A stretch of DNA of 16,097 nt, from the UHGV virus genome UHGV-1827629; one strand, given 5' to 3'. Numbering within the stretch: position 1 is the stretch's first letter; every line of letters begins with the position of its first letter. This DNA is from a virus. This document shows positions 1 to 7,571 of this stretch, piece by piece. Below the pieces are notes generated by a model. It saw only the letters and a program-made list of their open reading frames with translations, had not been told where the DNA came from and searched no databases. A program made the translations under genes and the position numbers.

Positions 1-853
1 TTGCATCTCCGCGCCGAAAGGTGCTTCCGGTATAGCGTGCGGAGCATATTAGCGGTTCAACCAGAGAGCTATCGAAATTCACCGAAATAAGCACGTTCTG
101 GCCCTTTTCAGGCATTCGCTCACTACAGCTTATCCAACCATCCGGAGTTACCGGAGAGCTGCCACCCTGAACAGTAGGCATATCCGGACCTTTGCGAATC
201 GCCCTGGCAAGATCGATTGGGTCGTCGTACAACCAGTCACCTGTTTGCGGATGATTGGCTTCTGCCAATTGTGCAGCCCATTCCAGGCCGTCTTTGTGTC
301 CTTGCAGATAGTCCAACGGCAACTCATCACGATTACTTACGGGTTCGATTTGTTCGGAATTACCGGACAACTGCATGGTACCTTCATTGGTGAGGGTACC
401 ATCTGCACCCTGAAGCATGGCTGCCCGGCACTCATCAACAGCCTGACACAGCTTGGCGCGGTGATGTCCAGCCATAGTCCCTTTGTTCCAGTCATGCCCC
501 ATTGTCATGCCGTAAGCATGGTGGAGAAGGCGCTTGAAACACTCAGGCACAGCTACCGGCGCTGGAGGGGCGGTGTAGAGCGGCATTACCTCAATATTGA
601 AGATATCCCCCTCGCTTGGACACGCCTCTGCGCTACCGTAAACCCAAGGGTGAACGACTCCGTTACGCTTGTTGATTAATCTGTGCGCCCACGCCACAGG
701 CTCCGCTTCGAGCGATGCCAGCGCGATACGCGCATTATTAATCAGGAGGCTATCAGCAGGAGATAAAACAACATGAGCGTTACCCTCCGCATCAATTTCA
801 GAATTCGTAATTTTTCTGAACAGCTTTGCCAGTTCTCTGGTAATAGTGCTCAT
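1..853 (-). CDS. Phage accessory protein, N-terminal 284 codons only (ORF continues past window start); DUF551-like motif WISCSERMPEKG near the edge
   Basis: ATG (cat at 851-853 on + strand) preceded by GGTGAGGA SD 7 nt upstream; I translated the reverse complement by hand and found no stop down to position 1. Absent from the ORF track because it has no in-window stop. Family name is from memory. Confidence 0.55.
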   Translation of the reverse strand, partial: MSTITRELAKLFRKITNSEIDAEGNAHVVLSPADSLLINNARIALASLEAEPVAWAHRLINKRNGVVHPWVYGSAEACPSEGDIFNIEVMPLYTAPPAPVAVPECFKRLLHHAYGMTMGHDWNKGTMAGHHRAKLCQAVDECRAAMLQGADGTLTNEGTMQLSGNSEQIEPVSNRDELPLDYLQGHKDGLEWAAQLAEANHPQTGDWLYDDPIDLARAIRKGPDMPTVQGGSSPVTPDGWISCSERMPEKGQNVLISVNFDSSLVEPLICSARYTGSTFRRGDA

Positions 854-856
854 GGG

Positions 857-1291
857 TTAGTCCTCACCTTTCTGTTGCACTACCGGAACCGATAAATCGA
901 CGCACCAGGAGATAACGCCGAATTGATCATCGTTCTGCGCTTCACCCCAAACGTAATATTTTGATCCTGGCCGACCCATTGCCGGGTCAAATACTTCTAT
1001 GCCGCGTTCTGCCGTTAACGACATCAGAATCTGATGCAGGCCGCCTTTGATGTTCAGTGACGGAACGGTCAGGAAGTAAATAAACCCGTAAAGCAATTCG
1101 GCCTTGCGCTGGCTTCCGTAAAAATACGGGATTTTGTAATAATCCAGCGCGTCGTCGAGCCAGTCTGTTTTGTCGTGGAATTTCTGATGCCAGCGTTCCA
1201 CTACCTCATCGACAGGTTGACCGGCAACCATTGCAACGCAGGTAGCCATGCAGGTGTTAAATGTTGGCTGCATTTGATGTTGAAGCATCAC
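857..1291 (-). CDS. Hypothetical phage protein (144 aa), Cys/His-containing
   Basis: ORF track; start overlaps the upstream gene's stop in an ATGA arrangement (1288-1291); stop sits inside the SD of the next gene. No confident family assignment. Confidence 0.5.
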   Translation of the reverse strand: MMLQHQMQPTFNTCMATCVAMVAGQPVDEVVERWHQKFHDKTDWLDDALDYYKIPYFYGSQRKAELLYGFIYFLTVPSLNIKGGLHQILMSLTAERGIEVFDPAMGRPGSKYYVWGEAQNDDQFGVISWCVDLSVPVVQQKGED

Positions 1292-1893
1292 TCCCCCTTA
1301 CCGATGCCAGCGGCGCGGTCTATGCGTTCGATTTCAGCCAGAATTAAAGCCCCTGCTTTTACCAGGTTGCGACGGCGGGCATTTGGCTTCCACCATGAAG
1401 CATCCCAAGGCCACCCCCACGGCTTGCCACCATTGCGGTTAACAGTTCCTGTTTCGTTTATGTAACAAACCGCCGCCATTGCCAGTTCCCCGTTGCAGTG
1501 TTCGTCATCATGCTCTGGCATCCACCCCTCAACCGATTGTTGCCGCTGGCGCTCTGCTATCACATCCAGAAGTGCAGGATTGAACGCCAGCACCTCCAGT
1601 TCAGCAATCCGCTCCTCATACCGAGCGCCAACGGAAACGGCTTTATGGAAGGCTTCGCACCATTTGGACGATTGCGCCTGCATCTTCTCCAGCTCATCCA
1701 TCAGCGCCAGCACGGTAGTGGGGTTTGCTGCGGAGTTCAGCGCGTTCAAGGCAGTGATATCTGCATCAAGCTGAGTTCCTTCTGCCAGTGAGATATCGAA
1801 AATGTCATCAGGCGGCATAACACTAAGGCGCTCATGTGCGCCAACTGCTGCCGCTGCGATTTCACGCAGCGCCTGTTTGTCGATGTTGCTCAT
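1288..1893 (-). CDS. Conserved phage protein (201 aa) with C-terminal motif WPW...WWKP...RRNLVKAGALILAEIER (Ead/Ea22- or DUF550-like, uncertain)
   Basis: Internal ATG at 1891-1893 (M19 of the track ORF, MSNIDKQALRE...) overlaps the upstream stop as ATGA; the track's N-terminal extension lies inside the upstream gene. Family from memory only. Confidence 0.5.
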   Translation of the reverse strand: MSNIDKQALREIAAAAVGAHERLSVMPPDDIFDISLAEGTQLDADITALNALNSAANPTTVLALMDELEKMQAQSSKWCEAFHKAVSVGARYEERIAELEVLAFNPALLDVIAERQRQQSVEGWMPEHDDEHCNGELAMAAVCYINETGTVNRNGGKPWGWPWDASWWKPNARRRNLVKAGALILAEIERIDRAAGIGKGE

Positions 1894-2507
1894 TGGGCTG
1901 CCTCCTGGCGAAGTTGGGCGGCGCGAATTGCTTTCCACTGCGACCACATTCCGTTGTAATCAGTACCGGAAAGAGTTGAGTTGCGGTAGCCGTCATCAGT
2001 GCGCAAACCTTCTAGCGTGGTCTTAGAGATGAATATCTTCTCCATTACCCATTCTTCGAATAAATCACGCTCCGTCGCTTCATCTGGAATAGCACTTGCC
2101 CGTACTTCAGCCAGGAAAGCGTCGGTGGCTGGGGTTTCACAGTAAGCAACACGCAAATTAGGCATGCACTTATCCATCATCTGCTCCATTTCGCCAGGCT
2201 CAGCAGCAGCCCAATGAGCCAATGTTTCTTTCGCTGCCGCCTTCAGCCCCGCATTCTCCGCCGCCAGCTCCCTGCACTTGCTCTCGGCGTTAGCGAGCTG
2301 TACTGCCATGTCTGTGACTTCGGCTTCAAGTTTTTCAGCATATTCAATCAGGAGATCGATTCTTTCCGGCGTTACGGTTTTAACGTATTTGCAAATCGAT
2401 GACGCATAATTATCATCCTGGAGTGTGCCAGCCAGGCCATTACAAAATTTGCGGTTCCCTTTTGTCGCCTTGATATCGGCGATGATTTTTTTAACATCTG
2501 GTTTCAT
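1890..2507 (-). CDS. Coiled-coil phage protein (205 aa), possibly Ead/Ea22-like
   Basis: Internal ATG at 2505-2507 (MKPDVKK...) overlaps the ren stop as ATGA; the upstream part of the track ORF is Arg/Gly/Pro-rich and lies inside ren. Confidence 0.5.
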   Translation of the reverse strand: MKPDVKKIIADIKATKGNRKFCNGLAGTLQDDNYASSICKYVKTVTPERIDLLIEYAEKLEAEVTDMAVQLANAESKCRELAAENAGLKAAAKETLAHWAAAEPGEMEQMMDKCMPNLRVAYCETPATDAFLAEVRASAIPDEATERDLFEEWVMEKIFISKTTLEGLRTDDGYRNSTLSGTDYNGMWSQWKAIRAAQLRQEAAQ

Positions 2508-2803
2508 GCTGACACCCTCCCGTAAAACGCCAGTACACGCTTCATTGCCACGCTGTTGCGGCATTCCTGAAATATTCCGTTGGTGCAGCTGCGCGCTGTA
2601 CCAGCTTGCTCTTCCGGCGTCGCCAGGCGATAAGTCACCGTTCGCCAGACCTTGCTCACGCGGACAATCTTGCGGGACCGTTCCAGATCGATAGCATTCT
2701 TCGTGATGCAGTTGATGGTCATGCCGCACTCTGTGGCCACATCCTTCGCGGTGAAGGTCCGGTGCGTTTCGAGATAACGCAGAATTGCCTGTTTGCCTTT
2801 CAT
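2504..2803 (-). CDS. ren: Ren-like protein (99 aa)
   Basis: MKGKQAILRYLETHRTF...KVWRTVTYRLATPEE...FQECRNSVAMKRVLAFYG matches my memory of lambda Ren (MTGKEAIIHYLGTH...KVWRTVYYRFATREE...FKECRQSAAMKRVLAVYG); located directly after P as in lambda; ATG 2801-2803 overlaps P stop. Confidence 0.7.
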   Translation of the reverse strand: MKGKQAILRYLETHRTFTAKDVATECGMTINCITKNAIDLERSRKIVRVSKVWRTVTYRLATPEEQAGTARSCTNGIFQECRNSVAMKRVLAFYGRVSA

Positions 2804-3594
2804 TGGATAAGCCCTCTCTCTTTCCCTCGCTGATACTCTTCCCAAAGCCATTGGGCCGGGGTTAGAGCTCCGAGAGTCGCTGCGTTTGGCATGCACCCGA
2901 AGCTTTTTCCTTCCGGGTGATAACCGGCCTGACGGCTCACGTGATTTGTCGGGATCACTTCATCAGAATTCTCGAGCGCCAGGACGGGGGATGGTATTTT
3001 TTCCCCACCAGCAACTTTCAGCGCCCATTCCTCAAGTTTTTTTGACGCGTATTTTTCAGTTTCAGCCTCGCTCAGCTGGCGCTGGTACATCGCTCTGCGC
3101 GTATCGGTCACAATCCAGTACATGACGTCATGAGACCACGGGAAAGCTTCTGCTCCGCCGGTATGCAGCCCTTTTTCGCGGCTATACCGATGGAACTCAT
3201 TCATCACATCAGCCAGGCCAATGCCAAGTACCGTGCCGCTATCCTTGCACCATTTGATGAATTGCCCCGGAGAAGGCCAGAAGGGTGATTCACTGGCGCG
3301 GGCATGCCGTACACCTGCGGAAAGTTGTTCGCGGGTGCGGATCCCATTCTCTGAAAACGCTGCGATCCACTGACGCTTTGCCGTTTTCTCGTCTGCGTCA
3401 GTTTTCAGGTTTGTCTGCGTAGACGCAGGGAAAATCTGCTTCAGCTGCCGAAAGAGAGAATCAACGAGGCTTTCCGCTTCGGGATTTATTACCTTCTGCT
3501 GGTCGGCGTTTCCGTTAGCCATTCTGGATAGCAGTGCCCCGTCACGCCCGTTAACTGCCTGCACAAGTTGGTTATTCACAGGAAGTCCTCCCAT
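2800..3594 (-). CDS. P: Replication protein P-like (DnaB helicase loader)
   Basis: Central block FPAS...RQWIAAFSENGIRTREQLSAGVRHARASESPFWPSPGQFIKWC resembles lambda P (FPAS...RQWVLAFRENGITTMEQVNAGMRVARRQNRPFLPSPGQFVAWC, from memory). Start uncertain: ATG at 3594 overlaps O by 19 nt; alternative ATG at 3522. Confidence 0.75.
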   Translation of the reverse strand: MGGLPVNNQLVQAVNGRDGALLSRMANGNADQQKVINPEAESLVDSLFRQLKQIFPASTQTNLKTDADEKTAKRQWIAAFSENGIRTREQLSAGVRHARASESPFWPSPGQFIKWCKDSGTVLGIGLADVMNEFHRYSREKGLHTGGAEAFPWSHDVMYWIVTDTRRAMYQRQLSEAETEKYASKKLEEWALKVAGGEKIPSPVLALENSDEVIPTNHVSRQAGYHPEGKSFGCMPNAATLGALTPAQWLWEEYQRGKERGLIQ

Positions 3595-4265
3595 CCCTCG
3601 CGGCTGTTCCAGTGAGGCGTTTCCTGCTCAGCACGTCCACGTTTAGCCAGCGGGTTAACCCTGGCGTTTCGAATCCAGACCCTGAAAGCCGAATTCCAGT
3701 CGATCAGCAGCGTGCCGCGGGAAAGGTGATAGTCCCGGAAGTTCAGCAGCTCAGTTTCAATGCTCACCCCCTTCTCGGCAGCCATGGCAATGTGATCTGC
3801 TGATGGCTTAAACAGGGGCGGGAATGGAATCTCCCCGTTTGGTGAAATCCCTATCCGACGTTTTGCGGCTTCGCTCATAAAACCTTCGCGCCCAGAGAGA
3901 GAGTTAGGTTCATTGACTGGTTCAAAAGAGTGACTGATTCTGGGTGCAGCTCCTGCACTACCCCCTAGTGAATCTGTTGCACTACCTAGTGAATCTCCTG
4001 CACTACCCCCTAGTGAATCTGTTGCACTAGGTAAGGTCAGGATGTAGATGTTTGTAGAGTTCCCTTTTGGCCCCTTCCTGAATACTTTTTTCAGTAATCC
4101 AGATTGGCAGAGATCATCAATGTGACTCATGACTGACCGCTTGCTAATTTCGCATTGGTCAGCAATGTATTGATAGCTTGGCCAGCATTCCCCTTGATCG
4201 CTTGCGTTATCTGCCAACTTCAGGAGTACGAGCTTACGCAATGGGTTACCAACCTTAATTTGCAT
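3576..4265 (-). CDS. O: Replication initiator O-like protein (replisome-organizer HTH N-terminus; ori iterons inside the gene)
   Basis: N-terminus [45 protein letters not shown] looks like a replisome-organizer HTH; gene lies between cII and P; contains direct repeats translated as [26 protein letters not shown]. Start ambiguous: ATG 4265 (SD-like GGTGA), 4277 or 4286; the track's 4376 is a TTG extension overlapping the zinc-finger gene. Confidence 0.7.
   Translation of the reverse strand: MQIKVGNPLRKLVLLKLADNASDQGECWPSYQYIADQCEISKRSVMSHIDDLCQSGLLKKVFRKGPKGNSTNIYILTLPSATDSLGGSAGDSLGSATDSLGGSAGAAPRISHSFEPVNEPNSLSGREGFMSEAAKRRIGISPNGEIPFPPLFKPSADHIAMAAEKGVSIETELLNFRDYHLSRGTLLIDWNSAFRVWIRNARVNPLAKRGRAEQETPHWNSREGWEDFL
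3952..4030. repeat. Candidate replication-origin iterons: alternating 24-bp (CCTGCACTACCCCCTAGTGAATCT) and 21-bp (GTTGCACTACCTAGTGAATCT) direct repeats, each with a CACTA...TAGTG dyad
   Basis: Read directly: units at 3952-3975, 3976-3996, 3997-4020 and partial 4021-4030, all inside the O reading frame, as lambda ori iterons are. Confidence 0.65.
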
Positions 4266-4464
4266 GGCTTTCACCATTAGCATCATGCTCACGATGCAGC
4301 CTCCTGTTATTACTGAATACAAGGTTGACACACTCAAATACGCACTCGTCGCAGATACAAACTCCATCACCGGCAATTATCATGGCGACTTCGTTGTTAT
4401 TTTTTCCGCAAAAAGAGCATTTGTGTGTCGGGTGTAAATTTGCTTTTTTCACATCAATTGGCAT
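4255..4464 (-). CDS. Small C4 zinc-finger protein (69 aa) resembling the ClpX N-terminal zinc-binding domain
   Basis: [32 protein letters not shown] parallels the ClpX ZBD as I recall it ([30 protein letters not shown]); strong SD AGGAG 5-6 nt before ATG at 4462-4464. Confidence 0.6.
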   Translation of the reverse strand: MPIDVKKANLHPTHKCSFCGKNNNEVAMIIAGDGVCICDECVFECVNLVFSNNRRLHREHDANGESHAN

Positions 4465-4546
4465 AATTGCTCCTGTGAATTGATCCAGTTAATTCCACCT
4501 GAAAGCCGTTGGTGTTCCAGCACCGCGGCTTTTCCCCTTTCTACGT

Positions 4547-4768
4547 TCATGCTTCAAAATCTCCATTCACCCCATCCCGGTTTGAAATCAGGATTGCCAG
4601 CAAAAGCGACATGTTCGGAAGCAGGTTTTCCCGCCAGCGACTCACCGTTGATTTGTTAACGCCAGCCACTTCTGCGATTTTTGTCGTACCCAGTTCTGCT
4701 ATCTGGCTGTGTAACCAGCTCTCTATCCTCCGGGCCTCCAGTTTGTTGCGTGTTGTTAAGGTGTCCAT
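4547..4768 (-). CDS. cII: CII-like transcriptional activator (73 aa)
   Basis: LEARRIESWLHSQIAELGTTKIAEVAGVNKSTVSRWRENLLPNMSLLLAIL resembles lambda CII (RIESALLNKIAMLGTEKTAEAVGVDKSQISRWKRDWIPKFSMLLAVL, from memory); GAGGAAG SD upstream; position immediately after cro. Confidence 0.7.
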   Translation of the reverse strand: MDTLTTRNKLEARRIESWLHSQIAELGTTKIAEVAGVNKSTVSRWRENLLPNMSLLLAILISNRDGVNGDFEA

Positions 4769-4808
4769 TTGCGATACTTCCTCTGATTTAATTGGTTATT
4801 GCCGCCGG

Positions 4809-5036
4809 TCAGGCAGCATGGTTCTCTGGGTGTGGAAACAGGTCGGGAAGATCAGGTCGAATTTCGTGTGCCTTAATCTCGCCACCAGTAGCGTTTACGA
4901 TGGCTGTTACTTTTTCCGGAGATACGGAACCACCGTTAAGCCACTTGTGAACCGCTGGCTGGCTAACGCCGCAAATATCTGCGAGTCGCTTCTGGCTGCC
5001 AACGATTTCTAAAGCTCGTTGAATAACTTTGTTCAT
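4809..5036 (-). CDS. cro: Cro-like HTH repressor (75 aa)
   Basis: Short HTH protein (LADICGVSQPAVHKWLNG) transcribed divergently from cI across the operator region. Confidence 0.65.
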   Translation of the reverse strand: MNKVIQRALEIVGSQKRLADICGVSQPAVHKWLNGGSVSPEKVTAIVNATGGEIKAHEIRPDLPDLFPHPENHAA

Positions 5037-5072
5037 GGATTTTACCTATCCGATTACTGGATTAATGAAAAG

Positions 5073-5135
5073 ATAACCTAAGTTATGACCATTGTCCATA
5101 ACCTTTGTTATTTTACTCTGCATAACCTGAGTTAT
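5073..5135. promoter_or_regulatory. OR: three 14-bp operators ATAACCTAAGTTAT (5073-5086), ATAACCTTTGTTAT (5098-5111), ATAACCTGAGTTAT (5122-5135); pR/pRM region
   Basis: Three near-palindromic sites spaced 25 and 24 bp between divergent cro and cI; TATATT -10-like hexamer at 5135-5140 ends 6 nt before the cI ATG. Confidence 0.7.
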
Positions 5136-5146
5136 ATATTGGCGCT

Positions 5147-5851
5147 ATGAAAACATTCGCAGATCGACTCAACGCGGCTATGAGAGCCGCAGGCATATCC
5201 CAAGGGCAGCTGGCTGAGAAAGTCGGCATATCTCAACCTGCAATTCAGAAAATGACATCAGGCAAAACCACAGGCAGCCGTAAGATGGTTGAGCTTGCTC
5301 ATGCATTGAACGTGCGTCCGGAATGGCTCAGTTCGGGCATAGGCTCAATGCAGGACGAAGGACGCAAGGACTCCGCTATCCCACCAGAATCGGAATGGGG
5401 TAAAGTTGACGCTTGGGATAGCAAAACAGATCTGCCAGATGACGAGGTCGAAGTGCCATATCTGAAAGACATAGAACTTGCGTGTGGTGATGGTTCCTGC
5501 TTGGAAGATGACTATAACGGATTCAAACTTCGTTTTGCGAAGTCTACCCTTCGTAAGGTGGGAGCCCAGAAAGATAGCGTGCTGTGCTTCCCGGCATCAG
5601 GAAATAGCATGGAGCCCATGATCCCGGAAGGGACGACGGTCGCCATCAACACGAACGACAAAAAGATCGTTGATGGCAAGGTTTATGCAATAAGCCAGGA
5701 CGGATGGAAAAGGCTAAAATCCATTTATCGTGTGAGTCCTACCCGCATCGTGATTCGCAGCTTCAACAGTGAAGAGTATCCTGATGAAGAAGCGGATATC
5801 GAGAGCGTAGAGATTATTGGTCGCATGTTCTGGACATCTACTATCTGGTAA
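5147..5851 (+). CDS. cI: CI-like phage repressor (N-terminal HTH, C-terminal S24 LexA-like peptidase domain)
   Basis: HTH motif QGQLAEKVGISQPAIQKM; C-terminal GNSMEPMIPEGTTVAINT...WKRLK is the S24 Ser/Lys signature; divergent from cro across OR; no SD and ATG close to the putative -10. Confidence 0.85.
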   Translation: MKTFADRLNAAMRAAGISQGQLAEKVGISQPAIQKMTSGKTTGSRKMVELAHALNVRPEWLSSGIGSMQDEGRKDSAIPPESEWGKVDAWDSKTDLPDDEVEVPYLKDIELACGDGSCLEDDYNGFKLRFAKSTLRKVGAQKDSVLCFPASGNSMEPMIPEGTTVAINTNDKKIVDGKVYAISQDGWKRLKSIYRVSPTRIVIRSFNSEEYPDEEADIESVEIIGRMFWTSTIW

Positions 5852-5865
5852 TCAAGAGGGAAGGG

Positions 5866-6555
5866 ATGAAATTAGAACTAATAGCATTATCTTTACTGGC
5901 TTTAACTACGAACGCAATCGGCTCTAGCACCCTGAGCTGCGATTACGCTAAGTCGGACATCAGTAATGGAGCTAATGCTCCAATGATTCCTAGCGGAAAA
6001 GGCACTGTCGAATTTGATGGAAAATCCTTTAAAGCCACACGTCCAAATGGTGGTGTGATCATTTCACCAATAATCAGTGAACAAAAAAATGGAATGCTTT
6101 TTCTTGACGACAAGACAAAAGTGTTCGCGGCAAGCCTTTCTAAAACTGATTTCGCTATCTCTGACCGAATTGCTCGAATTACTGAGCAATGGGCCAACTG
6201 CATTGATGTTAGTCCATCGCCGAACAATTCAGATAACGACAAACCGGCAACTGCCTGGAAATATAGGTCTCTCACGAAGCAGGAGATAAATGCTGTTGAG
6301 GCAGCAGTGAAAGACCAATTGAAGGATCCAGAAAGTGCCAGATTCAAGCACTCTAAGTTTGTGAGCAACGGGAAAGGCGCTTACTGCGGCCTGGTTAATT
6401 CCAAAAACTCATATGGCGGCTATGCTGGAAACACTCCTTTCATGGTCATGCTTATCAACAATGGCAAACCTCACGCTGGCTTTATTGGTATGGGCGGAGA
6501 TGATGCCGAGACCCTGTCAACGCTATCCGTCTGCAAAGACAGTGGTTATTTCTAA
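5866..6555 (+). CDS. Secreted (signal-peptide) protein of unknown function, 229 aa, 4 Cys; moron in the rexAB-equivalent slot
   Basis: N-terminus MKLELIALSLLALTTNAIG-SS is a typical Sec signal peptide (AxG cleavage site, not a canonical lipobox); SD GAGGGAAGGG before ATG; visibly more AT-rich than flanks with rare Leu/Ile codons; followed by an intrinsic terminator. Confidence 0.65.
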   Translation: MKLELIALSLLALTTNAIGSSTLSCDYAKSDISNGANAPMIPSGKGTVEFDGKSFKATRPNGGVIISPIISEQKNGMLFLDDKTKVFAASLSKTDFAISDRIARITEQWANCIDVSPSPNNSDNDKPATAWKYRSLTKQEINAVEAAVKDQLKDPESARFKHSKFVSNGKGAYCGLVNSKNSYGGYAGNTPFMVMLINNGKPHAGFIGMGGDDAETLSTLSVCKDSGYF

Positions 6556-6573
6556 ACCCCACCTTGATTGAAA

Positions 6574-6596
6574 GCCCCGCATTGCGGGGTTTTTTA
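6574..6596 (+). terminator. Rho-independent terminator ending the cI-moron transcript
   Basis: GCCCCGC-ATT-GCGGGGT hairpin followed by a T-run at 6590-6596, 19 nt after the moron stop codon. Confidence 0.75.
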
Positions 6597-6660
6597 TTGC
6601 CAGAAATCCCCCCACGCCACATTTTTTACAAAAATAAATTCATTTAGCTATCAGTGCATT

Positions 6661-6720
6661 ATAACTTATGTGATGATAATTATAAATTAGGTTATTGCCA
6701 TCACTCATAACTAAGGTTAT
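6661..6720. promoter_or_regulatory. OL: three operators ATAACTTATGTGAT (6661-6674), ATAAATTAGGTTAT (6682-6695), ATAACTAAGGTTAT (6707-6720), inverted relative to OR
   Basis: Reverse complements fit the OR consensus ATAACCTnAGTTAT; spacing 21 and 25 bp; positioned as in lambda between the cI operon terminator and the leftward early operon. Confidence 0.7.
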
Positions 6721-6723
6721 CTT
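6695..6723 (+). promoter_or_regulatory. Candidate pL (-35 TTGCCA 6695-6700, 17-bp spacer, -10 TATCTT 6718-6723)
   Basis: Sigma70-like hexamers with canonical spacing, overlapped by OL sites 1 and 2. Inference only. Confidence 0.5.
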
Positions 6724-7349
6724 TAATCCATCGAAACGAAACATCGACAGCTGAGCGAAGTTAGCCAGCGGCGGACAGCAAGTCGCCTGCTTCTTTAACA
6801 AATCAGACTGAGTGACAGGCAAGCCGTAGCTCTCCTGGCAAAAAGAAATGGCACCCGATGGGATCGAGGTAAGCACTGAGTCCGTATGCGTACGGTAGGT
6901 GTAGAGGACCACGCTGCGATGAGCTGATAAGTCACTCAATTTGAAGCGCTCCGATGATGGGGCGCTGATTCAACTTAGAGGAGTGATTCCAATGAAGAAC
7001 TAAAGCGGACAGACCGCAGCCTAAAGGCAATGCAGCAGTAATGATGCCGCCCTGAGTCGCCGAATGGCGAGCCTGTGTAGTGATGGGTCAAGGTTCTTAT
7101 ATCAAAACAAGCTCCGGTAAAGCAGCGCGAACGCCAGACGCGCACCGGTTATGAGCGGCGATGAGCGACAAGGTCTCAAGGGCATGTGCGCGGCCACTGC
7201 GAGAGTGTGGCGAAGTTTACCAGCAGCTCTTTGCGAGGGGCTGACGGTAAACAAAAAGAGGAGTGTGTATGGCAGATAAAAAAACGGCGCCACTACTGCT
7301 TAACGTAGACGCCAGCGAGGTACTTACTCAGACCGGGGAGCTTTTAAAG

Positions 7350-7571
7350 TTACTTGAACTTCCAGCCAGTTCCTTTCAGGGAATTCCTGAGCATGTCGTC
7401 GATCTGTTTTTTGACCGTGTCCGTGGCCTGATTGACAACATCGTCCTTAGTGATTTCTCGACCACAGTCAGCACAACTGACGCCGGTGAAATTTGTCTCA
7501 AAGTCAAAATCATCGGGCTGGTTGAACATCTCACTTCCGCAGTCAGGGCACACGGTCCGCATGGTTTGCAT
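7350..7571 (-). CDS. Small zinc-ribbon protein (73 aa; CPDCG...CADCG)
   Basis: Two CxxCG knuckles 22 residues apart; AAAGGA SD 7 nt before ATG (cat 7569-7571); by my hand count this frame is more coding-like than the overlapping + frame. The + ORF 7269-7610 is an unresolved alternative. Confidence 0.5.
   Translation of the reverse strand: MQTMRTVCPDCGSEMFNQPDDFDFETNFTGVSCADCGREITKDDVVNQATDTVKKQIDDMLRNSLKGTGWKFK

Noticed and set aside
245-679. Plus-strand 144-aa ORF
   Set aside because: Lies antisense inside the uninterrupted 284-codon minus-strand frame (1-853) that has a proper SD/ATG and operon context; treated as a shadow ORF.
3952-4030. Possible CRISPR-like direct repeats
   Set aside because: Only about 3.5 units, no unique spacers, entirely inside the O coding frame; better explained as origin iterons.
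4509-5012. Plus-strand 167-aa ORF
   Set aside because: Antisense to the cII and cro genes and runs through their intergenic region; no SD; sequence not protein-like.
6640-6939. Minus-strand 99-aa ORF
   Set aside because: Uses a TTG start and reads straight through the three OL operators and the pL hexamers; no SD; most likely non-coding.
7151-7279. 42-codon plus-strand ORF (MSGDERQGLKGMCAATARVW...) in the pL leader
   Set aside because: No SD, composition not protein-like, and it overlaps the strong SD of the downstream ORF.
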